Shown here: positions 37,346 to 49,526 of the stretch, piece after piece | Numbering within the stretch: the first letter of the stretch is position 1 | Layout: every line of letters starts with the position of its first letter | NCBI GenBank assembly: GCA_964016885.1 | Contig: OZ024742.1 | Location: 78,988,001 to 79,052,000 of the forward strand | Source: Eledone cirrhosa | Lineage: Eukaryota | Direction: 5' to 3' | Length of the DNA: 64,000 nucleotides | Translations under genes and position numbers: made by a program | Notes under the pieces: generated by a model | What the model was told of the DNA's origin: nothing | Database searches by the model: none | Seen by the model: only the letters and a program-made list of their open reading frames with translations

Positions 37346-39009
37346 TATGAGAGAGAGAGACTGTAAATATGCCTGTGCTTGTGGATGAGAATTTTTGATC
37401 AGGTGATTGTGATTGACTAAATGTGAGAGAGAGAAAAAAACATTGATTGTGTTTTAAATTAAAAATCATCATTAGTATGATTAAATATTTTTGTTATGCA
37501 TGCAGTGAATATGAAAAAAGGGTATAAGGGAAAGGGAGAGGGGAAAAATAGAAGCCATACAAATTTTGCATAGGATTCTTTAACACATTTAATAGCAAAC
37601 CACCTAAAATTTTCACTGGTTCTATGATACGCAAAAGATAATCAACAAGTTCCCGGACCTCATTCACGCATAGAGTAGGTGGAAGTTGTCAAATAAAACC
37701 AAGGAAACAGTGTTCCCATCGGACTTTCCATTGCTGATGCTATCCACATGTTGCAAATCCTGGCAGAAAGAGTAATGTGAAATAAAGCTTCTAGCTCAAG
37801 GATATAACTCATCACACAGTCCAGGAATCAAACTCACAACCTAATGATTGTAAATCCAACTTTCTAGCCAATAAGCCACACACTTTCTATGATTCAAAAC
37901 TGCTTAATTTAAAGTAAAAATCCTCATCCTCATTTAACATCCACTTTCTCTGCTAACAAGGGTTAGATGGGTCCTCACAGACGGTGCCTGTACTGGAGCA
38001 GGGCCACTGAACCTCCCACACAGGCTGGGTGTATGCATCTCACATTTAGTTCCACGTTCTACCAAGTGCATTTTATCGTGGCACCAGCAATAGAGAGGTT
38101 GTCATCTTTAACACAACAGCTGGGTCCTCCCAACCTTTTGTTTGGCAAGCTTTCCATGGCTGGATGCCCTTCCTAACACCAACCACTTTATAGCATATAC
38201 TGAGTGCTTTTATCATGTATATAACCAATGCTAGTGAGGTTGTCATGTCCTTGACACAATTGAAGGGTCCTCCGAATCCTTTATTTGGCAAGCTTTGATG
38301 GCTGGATGCCAACCAGCTTAAGTGAGTATTGGATACTTTTACCGTATAGATCACCAACACTAGGGACATTGTAAATATTTATCTAAAAACTTTCCCTCAT
38401 AATTTTATGTACAAAACTTTGTTAAGTCATGCTCCAAACACCAGCTTAATATTGAAAAAATGAATTATATTACTAAATCTCTCAAAATTCTTCATTATTT
38501 TCAAAATTAATCGAAATTACTAGGCAAGCTTGTACTAGAAATAAGGTAATGGGCTAAAGTACAGTGTCCTTTCATGAGTGTGTAAAAAGAATGAATTAAC
38601 TTACAGAACAACTACTCTAATGATTCATATAGAGTTGGCACAGTTAAAAGAGTAGGACAAAATGCCTTGTAATATTTGGCCTGGCTATCTTAGTTCAAAT
38701 CCCACCCGGATTAACTTTGCCTTTCATACTTTCTGGTTTGATAAAATAAAGTACTAGTCCAGTGTGGTAGATTATCAGAACTGTTAGAGTGTCAGACAAT
38801 GTTTGTGGTATTTATTCTGGTTCTTTGTAATCAAATTTCAAATCCTACTGTGGCCTACTTGGGCAGTAGACTTAATTTAGTGTCCAGTTTAACACCGCCA
38901 CTTCATCTTTGGGTGTCTTTAGCAAAGGTCACTCTGCTGTAAGCTTTTGGTCTACAACTTTGGTTTGAGGATACCTCCTGTCTCAGAGGCTCTGAAAGGG
39001 ATCATGGAT

Positions 39010-39504
39010 GTTGCCCATCCCTCATAGAATAAAGAGTAAAGCAAATAATTAATAGTTTTACTGTTCATAGTAATCAACTTCATTTTAGTCAAGGTTCATC
39101 AAGGCTACTGCTAAGACCATCTTGTTATATTGTTCGGAATCCTCGACTCTCAGTGTTGCCTGCTCAAGGAAAATTGATGGTTCCTATACCAAGATGCAAT
39201 GTGTGGTGTTCAATATTTCATAGCAAAGTCACACTACCAACAAAGTTCTTTATGGTAACCTGCCACAAGTTTCCTGAAAGTACTATCCTGTCACTTGGCT
39301 CTTGAAGGTCTTGTTTCCCACCATGATGAACTTGCAGGGAAACTGTTTCTCTTGTCACCAAATACAAAGCACCAAGTAGGATGTCTAAATAAAACCATCA
39401 AGACAATGTTGACAAGGGACACTGGCCTCACTGGATGGGATCTTCTTGCTGTCATGAGAAATTGGAATATTTGGAACAAGAACTTTGAGTATGATTCACC
39501 TTAA
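39010..39504 (+). mobile_element. Old RTE-like LINE 3' fragment
   Basis: VFNIS*QSHTTNKVLYGNLP...RDTGL...AVMRNWNIW resembles RTE-group C-termini. Confidence 0.6.
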
Positions 39505-40419
39505 ATGAAGGGATGGCTCAAGAAGAAGTAGTAGTAATCAAAGAAATCGTACAAGATAAATGAATTTTGACAACTCCCATAAAAAGGCTCTTTCTGAAAT
39601 GTCAGAGCCACAGTTGAGTAGTTAGGAAATGATCGTAATGTGCATCACCTCACTCAAATCTCATGTTGGCCAATAGCTTCTAAGTTGAATTTGATTGATG
39701 GATAACGTATAGAAGCCCAACATGTGTATATATATATCATCATCATTATTATTACCATTTTATATCCCACGGAGGTTAACTTTGTCTTTCATCCTTACGA
39801 GGTCAATAAAATAAAGTACCAGTAATACACTGAGATAATTGCTGGCCTTGTGCCAAAAGTAGAAAAAATTATTACCATTTTATGTTCATTTTCCATGCTT
39901 GCATTGGTTGATCTGCGAGTGCACATGTGTTTGTGTGTGTGTGAATGCATATGCTCCACAAGCCTGTATGTTTCACTAATATATATATAAAATATGCTAT
40001 AATTACTAGTGAAAATAGCTGCTACATTAAGAACAAAGTTCTTTGATATACACCAAACAATATCAAAGTCTTGTGATATACATCAAACACTTGCTTGTCA
40101 TTCTTGAAAACAGAAATCAAAGATTGGTCAATTGGAGACCAGAAATCAATGATGCTATTATATTAACAACTGGATGATATAAATCTATTGTATCACTAAC
40201 GGGATGATATATATCAAAAAGATAATTGTAAATATAGACAATTTCAAAAATGTTACTCATCAATAAATTTACTAAAACAGTCCAATTTACACCCAACCAA
40301 TAAACAACAACAATGATACACTAGGAATATTGAAGTCAATGGCTTTCAAGTTAATTTCTTTTTCCTTATTCCTTTATATTACTGACATATGTGTTCATTA
40401 AATATTATAGACAGGGCAG

Positions 40420-40605
40420 TGGATTGGCAGTATCGGTAATGGGTTGGACACCATGCTTTCCAGCTTAGAGTTATGTCCCTTTATGATCTGAATTCAAATC
40501 CTGTCGAGGTTAACTTTGCCTTTCATCCTTACGAGGTCGATAAAATAAAGTACCAGTAATGCACTGGGATAATTGCTGGCCTTGTGCCAAAAGTAGAAAC
40601 AATTA
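40420..40605 (+). mobile_element. Family M SINE
   Basis: Full family M sequence. Confidence 0.85.
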
Positions 40606-40627
40606 AATATTATAGACAATATGTAGA

Positions 40628-41708
40628 CAGTATGTAGGAAAGGTGTAGGTAGGAACTCCATTCTTTGCCCCAAATGCAAACAATGGGTACACAAGAGATG
40701 TAGCGGGATCTCAGGAAGCTTAATTAAGAATGTAGGATTCACATGCAGCAGCTGTGCTGAAACAGCAAGCAAACAGCCACAGGAAACAAGTACCACCAAT
40801 CTCTGGGAGGGCCCTGTAGAAACAGTAGACAGCTTCTGCTACCTAGGTGACCGAATTAGCAACGGAGGTGGGTGCTCAGAAAGTACAATAACTAGGGTAA
40901 GAACGGGATGGAAGAAGTTTAGGGAACTACTACCACTGCTAGCTGCAAAAGGCTTCTCCCTCAGAATGAAAGGCAGACTGTATGATGCGTGTATCCGAAC
41001 AGCGATGTTGCATGGTAGTGAGACCTGGGCGCTGAAGGTGGAAGACTTACGTAGATTAGAGAGAAACGAAGCCTGCATGCTCCGATGGATGTGTAACAGT
41101 AATATACGTGAACGACAAAGCATAAATGAATTGAGAGAGAGACTGAGCATAAGAGGAATCAAATGCTGCGTGCAGGAGAGGCGGTTACGCTGGTATGGAC
41201 ATGTGATGCGTATGAAGGATGACAGCTGCATAAAAAGGTGCAGAGCACTAGAAGTTGATGGAAACCGCGGAGTGGGGAGACCCAAGATGACTTGGGATGA
41301 GGTGATAAAAGCCGACCTTACCCAACTACACCTCTCAAAGTCAATGACACACGACCGTGACTTCTGGCGTCACGCAGTAATACAGGGTACCCGACCTCCC
41401 ATGGGTACATGCTGAAGCATATAAACAATATGCCCCCCCACCCCCCCACCGCAAGGTGGTCGTGGAGGTGCCACGGCAAAAAAGCACCCAGCCCACACTG
41501 TAAAGTGGACGTGTAGGCGCCACGAAAAAGCGCCCAGCACTCACTGTAAATGAGGTTGGTGTTAGGAAGGGCATCCAGCTGTAGAAATCAAGCCAGATCA
41601 GTTCCTGTATGAGCAAGGCATGGTCAGCCGACCAGACACTGCCCACAACAGGACAACCCGTCTAACCCATGCTAGCGTGGAAGAACGGACGTAAAACGGT
41701 GATGATGA
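40628..41708 (+). mobile_element. RTE LINE family 2, 5'-truncated, with small deletion/frameshift
   Basis: CRKGVGRNSILCPKCKQWVHKRCSG...; ORF 40966-41415; (GAT)n tail. Confidence 0.92.
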
Positions 41709-42859
41709 GACAAGCTGAAATGTTAACAGAAAACAACCAAAAAGTTTAGTGGTTTGTATCTTGTTATATTCATTATGTTGTCCCTTATTAAAGGCACCCA
41801 ACATTGGTACAGCCCAGTCATTAAACAGTTCTGTACAAACAGCACACAACCATCTGACCTGACTCACAATGGGACAACTCCTCTAATCCATGCTAGTGAG
41901 GAAAAATGGACGTTAAGCAGTGATGATGATGATAAACTCTTCCATGAAGTTCAAAGCAAGGGTCTGTTTTTATTGAAGTGTGCCTCTGCTATTGAAAGCT
42001 TTGTAACACCCACATATCTTACTAAGACATTTGACTTTAATTTGTGGAGCAATCCTGCACTGGGAGATGTTGATTTCTAAACATCTTTTGATATTGTTAC
42101 AAGCATCTACCATTTTGTTGATTCAATGTGTTTCAGAAAAATTCTACTCTATCTAGCAGTGTAGTATAAAATACCTGTACAAGGGCTCATATATATAAGG
42201 GCCCTTGTACAGGTATTTTACACTATGTATATGTATATGTAAGCACACACACAAAAATGCATGTGAAAAATAAAGAAGAGAAAACTGAGAGATGAAGTGA
42301 AGGAAATATGAACCTGTACAGATATCGATGGATGGATGAATAGTGAGAAAAATAATGTCTTGTCAATGTGAATGTTTCATTTTGTGTGTGTCTGCATGTC
42401 TATATTTATATATGTATATTTTTATAACATACCTGCATATGGACATGATATGTGTGTGTTATATTTGTAGTTCTATGTTTTAACTCCAGAAAAAACAATG
42501 AAAGGAAGGAAGTCTACAATGTCTAATAATACTAACAAAGAAAACAAGTGATTTGCTAGCAAACCAACATTTCTTAAAGTTTCTTCATATAATCATCCGA
42601 TTAAGCATTATGTTTGCACCCAATGACTGGTGCTAGTGCAGACATAGCCAAAACACTAGCAGAAATCATATTAGTAGCAATTCAACCGTGACACAAACTA
42701 TGTATACAGAAAGGAGAGAGAAAAAAAACCCATAGAACAAATAAACAAATTAAAACCAATATAACAAACAAACAAATTATATAAATTCTATCTCAGAATT
42801 ATAATACAGACTGTATGATGCGAAAAAAAAAAATAATAATAATAACAGGAGTAGATATA

Positions 42860-43030
42860 GCAGTGTGGTTATGATTAAGAAGTTTGTTTCACAAATATAT
42901 GGTGGTTATAGGTTCAATCCCATTGCATGGAACCTTTGTCAAGTGATTTCTGCTATAGCCTAATATCAACTGTTGCACTATGCATGAATTTCATAGATGG
43001 AAATCGTGCAGAAGCCTATTGCATATGTAT
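42860..43030 (+). mobile_element. Degenerate tRNA-derived SINE (third family)
   Basis: GGTTCAATCCC B box and GATGGAAA.CGTGCAGAAGCC tail; related fragments near 20455, 24215, 39685. Confidence 0.5.
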
Positions 43031-43389
43031 GCACACACACACATATACATATATATTTTCTATAAACATGTGTGTGTACATATATATGTATCTGTGTGTG
43101 TGTGTGTGTGTTATGTCTGTTTGTGTCTGCACATGAATCTTCTTGTTAACAATTTTTAAGCAAAACTAAGCAGATAGAGCGGCAGTATTATTGATTTCTA
43201 ACAAAGGCATCAGGCTACAGAATTTCAAGGAAAGTATAATTGATACATCAGCCCTTGTATTTCCCTGGTACTACAATTAATCAAACACAGATGGACAAAA
43301 AGCAAAGTTGATCGGTTTGAAGTCCAAAATCAGAATGTAAAAAGATTACCAGACTCTCTACTAATTCAACTAATCTAGTTCGCTGTTAT

Positions 43390-43923
43390 TCATCATCATC
43401 ATCAATGTTTAACGTCCGTGTTCCACGCTTGCATGGGTTTGGACGGGGGTTTTCCCACTTGAGGCAAGAGTGATTGTCTTGCTCGCATAGGACTGTCTGG
43501 CAGGTTTTCTACAGTTGGATGCCCTTCCTAACACCAACCACATTTACAGTGTGGGTCTGGGAGGTTTTTACCGTGTTGCCTACACGGCCACATTACAGCG
43601 TGGACTGTGTGTTTTTTGTCGTGACACCTACACGATCTCATTTGTTTCAGCCTGAATGGTGGCACCAACATAACTTTACATAGAAGGGGGCGGTGTGGAT
43701 GGGGTGGGGGTGGTGGGACGGGGGTGTATTTTGTTAGAGATGCCTACTGACTGTAGTAGGTTTTACTATGTATTTAGGTAAGGCAGGTCTTCTCTATTAC
43801 TGAGTACCGCCAAAGGTCTCGGTCCAGTGACATTGTCTTGGAGAGGTGTAAGTGTGTGAGGTCGGAGTTTATCAGCTCGTCCCAGGTTTTTCTAGGTCTG
43901 CCTATTCCGTGGCTGCCGTCTAT
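43390..43923 (-). mobile_element. RTE family 1, short 3' fragment
   Basis: Reverse complement of 3'UTR and ORF end. Confidence 0.9.
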
Positions 43924-46155
43924 TAATATTAATTCCTAATATTGCTAAAGGCACATGGCCAAATGGTTAGATTGTTGAATTTGCAATTATAAGGTTGCAG
44001 GTTCAATTCTTGGACTAGTTGGCACATTGATACTTTCAAGTTGATCATTCTGTCAGGAGTTGCAATTAGCTGATCATAACGACAATGGAAAACTAATGGA
44101 AGCACTGGTTCCATGGTCCAATCTCCTTTCCTTTTTAATATCGGTGTAAGGCCACAGATATATGAAGATCAATCCCAGTAATTGAATGCTACTTTATTTC
44201 ATACTTATTAGCATTCATCATTACTGTAAAGTGGTTGGTATTAGGAAGAGCAGCCAGCTAGAGAGATCAGGCCAAATATTGAAGGTAGGAGCAAGATATT
44301 GTTCACCAGTTTGTCTGGGGGTAAGGGAAGAAACTCCCTTCAGTCATGAATAACCATGGGATTTGCACTTAGAAAGATCCCCCTCCGAGGTACATGTCTC
44401 AGCAAGGTGTTTTTGTGGAAGACTAGCAGTTGCCCATACATACCTGTTTCCCCTCTCTGTGCCTCAATGTTGTCCAAGGGAAAGACTAAGGCTGATACAG
44501 CTTGAGTATACTGCAACAACGTGAAATAAAGTATCTTGCTCAAGAACACAAAGCATTGCCTGGTCCGGGAATCGAGATCATAATCTGGTGATTATGAATC
44601 TGATTGCTCTAACCATTATTCCAAATAAGAATTATGTTAAACCACAATGATCTACAGAAGCCATGTTAGCATGGAAAACAAATGCAAATGATGAAGGTGA
44701 TGCTGCTACTACTGATGATGATGACGATTGATAGTTATGATGAATGTGATGAAGGTGAAGAGTAGGATGATGATGAGGAGGAGGATGCTAATCCTAGAAG
44801 GATAAAAATTCAAAATAGACCATGTAAAGAAGACAGACTAAATATTACAGGGCATTTTGTCTGCTAATTCCTCCAATCATCCTCCACTGTAAAATCAAAT
44901 AATAATAGCAATAATGATTCGTTCTAGCTAGGACTGAGGTTAATGCTATGATATAGAATAAGAAAAAAAATGTAGACTGTATATTAAGATTCATTACTAT
45001 ATTACTAATGGAAAAAGTGCCTGTAATTTTCATGTAATTTTTGAAAATAATCAAGAATGTGGAAAGATTTAATAATGTAACTAACTTTCTTATTACTAAG
45101 TTGGTGTTTTGAATATTAAGGTGGGAGGTTTTGAGATAAATATAAACACTTTAAAACACAGTTTTGTATCATAGAAACAAGGTGTGGCATGTTTCAGGTA
45201 CATTGCTATCAAAAGAGTTCCTGTTTATTTTACTTGTCCAAATGAGAGTGAAAGGCAAACTTAAAACGGATACACGGCCTTTCCTCCTTTAACTATAAAT
45301 TGTACTCATTACTCTGTGGTACTAAACTAGATATTTTCTAATAATTACTAGATATTTTCTAATAATTACTAAGTAAATATATGATTAAATATTACATTCT
45401 GTGAAGTGGCTGCTGTTAGAAAATGCCTTCAGCCATGAAATAATACATGAGTGAGATATGGTCTTTCAATCTGACTAGGATGTGAATAACTTTGAATAAA
45501 AACTGAATAGGGACATACAACCCAGCCAACCCATGCCAGCATTGAAAGCAGATGTAAAAGTGGTGGTGGTAATGCTGTTGGTGGTGATAGTGACAGTGAT
45601 GATGATGTTGCAAGTTGTGTAGGTAAAAGTGATGGTGGTGATGATTATGATGATGGTGATGATAATTATGATGAGTCATATCTGTATGTATTTAGTGTCT
45701 CTGTAAAATGAGGGCAATTTTGGCAGTTTGGGTTAAAATTTCAAAAGAACCCATCCAACCTGTCTAGTTGTTACTTACCAGCAGATCATGATCTTACCTC
45801 CTCCTACCTTGATACCAACCAAGCAATATAGTAAACGGAAGAGGTATTAAAATATACACATGCATGTGCCTATGTACGGTTCATGTATATGATGGCATAA
45901 ATACACACAATACATCTATCTCAACCACCTATGTTCTTCATTTCCTCATATTTTCAAAGTAATCCTTTTGCCAATTTTTTCTTCTTTGATATAAGAAACA
46001 TCAGAAAGAAAATAATAGAAGGAAATATGGGAAATTTGATATGGAAATAGTTTCAAACAAGATATTAAGTTTTTAGTTCTTTAGCTTTTAATTAACTTTT
46101 TTTTTAATTTTTTATTAATGTTATTAATGTTAATGTTATATACACACATGGATGC

Positions 46156-46211
<56 letters not shown>

Positions 46212-46289
46212 GTATGTATATGTATATGTATGTATATTTATATACATACATATACATACACACACATATATATATACACACATATTTAC

Positions 46290-46346
<57 letters not shown>

Positions 46347-46528
46347 AATATACACATATATTACTCTTTTACTCCTTTACCTGTTCCATCCGGCTGAGGC
46401 CATGCTGTGGCACCGCCCTTAAAGAATGCGGTCTCTTTCAGGTTCTACCGAGAGGTATATATATATATATTTACACATATAATATAATACATATAATATA
46501 TACATATACATATAAATATATACATATT

Positions 46529-46583
<55 letters not shown>

Positions 46584-46710
46584 ATGTGTGTGTGTATGTG
46601 TATATAAATATATACATATACATATAAATATATATATATATATACACATACATATACATACATATATATATACAAATGAATATATATATATATATACACA
46701 CACATATATA

Positions 46711-46882
46711 CAGGTAAAATTCCATTATAACAAATACCATTATAACAAAATATTCAGTATAACAAATTTTTTTTTTCAAGTCCCAGCCACACACTCGATG
46801 CGTTAAGTCGATCTCGTTATAAAGAATGTTTTGTTACAACAAACTATTATTTATAACCCGTGAATTTCGTTATTATGGAACA
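46711..46882. mobile_element. Tigger/pogo-like MITE remnant
   Basis: TA-CAGGTAAAATTCCATTATAAC start, repeated TTATAAC motifs, TTTCGTTATTATGGAA end. Confidence 0.5.
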
Positions 46883-46884
46883 TA

Positions 46885-46919
<35 letters not shown>

Positions 46920-47154
46920 TATATATATATACATATATACATCATCATCATCATTTCAGTTTAACTTTTTATATATGAATATATATATATATAAACATAC
47001 ACATATAAACATACATATATATATATATATTTGTATATATGTATACATATATGCACACACAGACATATGTACACACACATGCATATAAATGCACACACAT
47101 ACATATATGTACACATATATATACGCACACACAGACACACATATGCACACACAG

Positions 47155-47193
<39 letters not shown>

Positions 47194-47197
<4 letters not shown>

Positions 47198-48596
47198 AGG
47201 GAGAACCCTTTAGCGGCTAATAGTGGTATAAGCTCTCTGAACTTTTTCCAGAACTGGATGGAAAAAGTTCAGAGAGCTTATACCACTATTAGTTGCTAAA
47301 GGGTTCTCCCTAAAAATGAAAGGCAGGTTGTATGATGCCTGCATACGAACAGCAATGTTGCATGGCAGTGAGACCTGGGCATTGAGTGCAGAGGATATAC
47401 GCAGACTAGAGAGAAACGAAGCTTGCATGCTCCGCTGGATGTGTAATAGTAATATACGTGAACGGCAAAGCATAAACGAACTAAGGAAAAAATTAGAAAT
47501 AAGAGGGATCAGATGTTGTTTACTCGAGAGAAGGCTACGTTGGTATGGTCACGTGATGCGCATGAAAGACGATAGCTGTATAACAAAGTGCAGGGCAATA
47601 AAGATAGACGGTAGCCACGGAATAGGCAGACCCAGATAGACCTGGGACGAGCTGATAAATTCCGACCTCACACGTTTACACCTCACCAAGACAATGTCAC
47701 TGGACCGAGACCTTTGGCGGTACTCAGTAATAGAGAAGACCCGCCTTACCTAAATACAAAGTAAAACCTACTACAGTCAGTAGGCATCTCTAACACAATA
47801 CACCCCCGTCCTACCACCCGCACCCTATCCACACCGCCCCTTTCAATGTAAAGTTATGTTGGTGCCACAACATCCAGGCCGAAACAAATGAGATCGTGTA
47901 GGTGTCACGACAAAAAAACACACAGTTCACGCTGTAATGTGGCCGTGTAGGCAACACGGTAAAAACCTCCCAGCCCCACACTGTAAATGTGGTTGGTGTT
48001 AGGAAGGGCATCCAGCTGTAGAAAACCCGCCAGACAGTCCACGCTGAAATGTGGCCGTGTAGGCAACACGGTAAAAACCTCCCAGCCCCACACTGTAAAT
48101 GTGGTTGGTGTTAGGAAGGGCATCCAGCTGTAGAAAACCCGCCAGACAGTCCACGCTGAAATGTGGCCGTGTAGGCAACACGGTAAAAACCTCCCAGCCC
48201 CACACTGTAAATGTGGTTGGTGTTAGGAAGGGCATCCAGCTGTAGAAAACCCGCCAGACAGTCCACGCTGAAATGTGGCCGTGTAGGCAACACGGTAAAA
48301 ACCTCCCAGCCCCACACTGTAAATGTGGTTGGTGTTAGGAAGGGCATCCAGCTGTAGAAAACCCGCCAGACAGTCCACGCTGAAATGTGGCCGTGTAGGC
48401 AACACGGTAAAAACCTCCCAGCCCCACACTGTAAATGTGGTTGGTGTTAGGAAGGGCATCCAGCTGTAGAAAACCTGCCAGATAGTCCTATGCGAGCAAG
48501 ATAATCACTCTTGCCTCAAGTGGGAAAACTCCCGTCCAAACCCATGCAAGCGTGGAACACGGACGTTAAACGTTGATGATGATGGTGATGATGATA
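47194..48596 (+). mobile_element. RTE family 1 copy with 5' fold-back and 5x112-bp tandem array in the 3'UTR
   Basis: 47194-47250 inverted versus 47259-47315; tandem units start at 47923, 48035, 48147, 48259, 48371; premature TAG at 47637-47639. Confidence 0.92.
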
Positions 48597-48759
48597 TATA
48601 TAGTTGAAAATGAACACTCAAAACACAGGAGGCAATTGTACACAGTTATATTAGGTTCCCACACTATATATATATATGCACACACATAAATATACACACA
48701 TACACCTATTTAGGTATGGAAAAATATTAACTCATCTGTGTACTATATACTTATTGATG

Positions 48760-48947
48760 GTGGTTTGGCAGTATCGGTAGAGGGTCGGACAACATGATTT
48801 GTAGTACAGAGTTACGCCCCTTTCTGATCTGAGTTCAAATCCTGCCGAGGTTAACTTTGCCTTTCATCCTTACGGGGGTCGATAAAATAAAGTACCAGTA
48901 ATGTACTGGGTAATTTGATGGCCTTGTGCCAAAAGTAGAAACAATTA
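48760..48947 (+). mobile_element. Family M SINE
   Basis: Full family M sequence. Confidence 0.85.
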
Positions 48948-49077
48948 TTTATATAACACCACCACCGCCACTACACCATCACTACACCACTCCACCACTA
49001 CACCATTACAACACTCCACCACTACACCATTACAACACTACACTACATCACTCCATCATTACACCACTACACCACGG

Positions 49078-49262
49078 GGATTGGCAGTATCAGTAGAAGG
49101 TCGGACGCCATGCTTTGCAGCATAGAGTTACGCCCCTTTATGGTGTGAGTTCAAATCCCACCGAGGTTTACTTTGCCTTTCATTCTTACGGGGTCGATAA
49201 AATAAAGTACCAGAAATGTACTGGGGTAATTGGTGGCCTTGTGCCAATAGTTGAAACAATTA
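49078..49262 (+). mobile_element. Family M SINE
   Basis: Full family M sequence. Confidence 0.85.
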
Positions 49263-49280
49263 TATATATATATATATATA

Positions 49281-49478
49281 TAGAAACAAGTAAGACCCCG
49301 ACGGCTGAGCTCAAGCCGTTTTGACGGCTAATTCTGTACTGAGTACAGAATTAGCCGTCGAAACGGCTTGAGCTCAGCCGTCGGGGTCTTACTTGTTCCT
49401 ATTACCCACTCTACTACCCTAAGTATTGAGTACTTTGGTGCGTTATGGTCCACCTGGTTCCTTACCACATTTCCTTCG

Positions 49479-49479
<1 letters not shown>
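49281..49479 (+). mobile_element. Penelope-like family B short fold-back insertion
   Basis: ~60-bp arms centred on 49341, then a ~78-nt tail into (TA)n. Confidence 0.78.

Positions 49480-49526
<47 letters not shown>

Noticed and set aside
46081-47193. Numerous YI/CV/HT-rich ORFs (also 51.8, 58.5, 59.4 kb)
   Set aside because: Translations of (TA)n and (CA)n microsatellites
47923-48482. Regular direct repeats resembling a CRISPR array
   Set aside because: Contiguous near-identical units with no unique spacers, inside a eukaryotic LINE UTR
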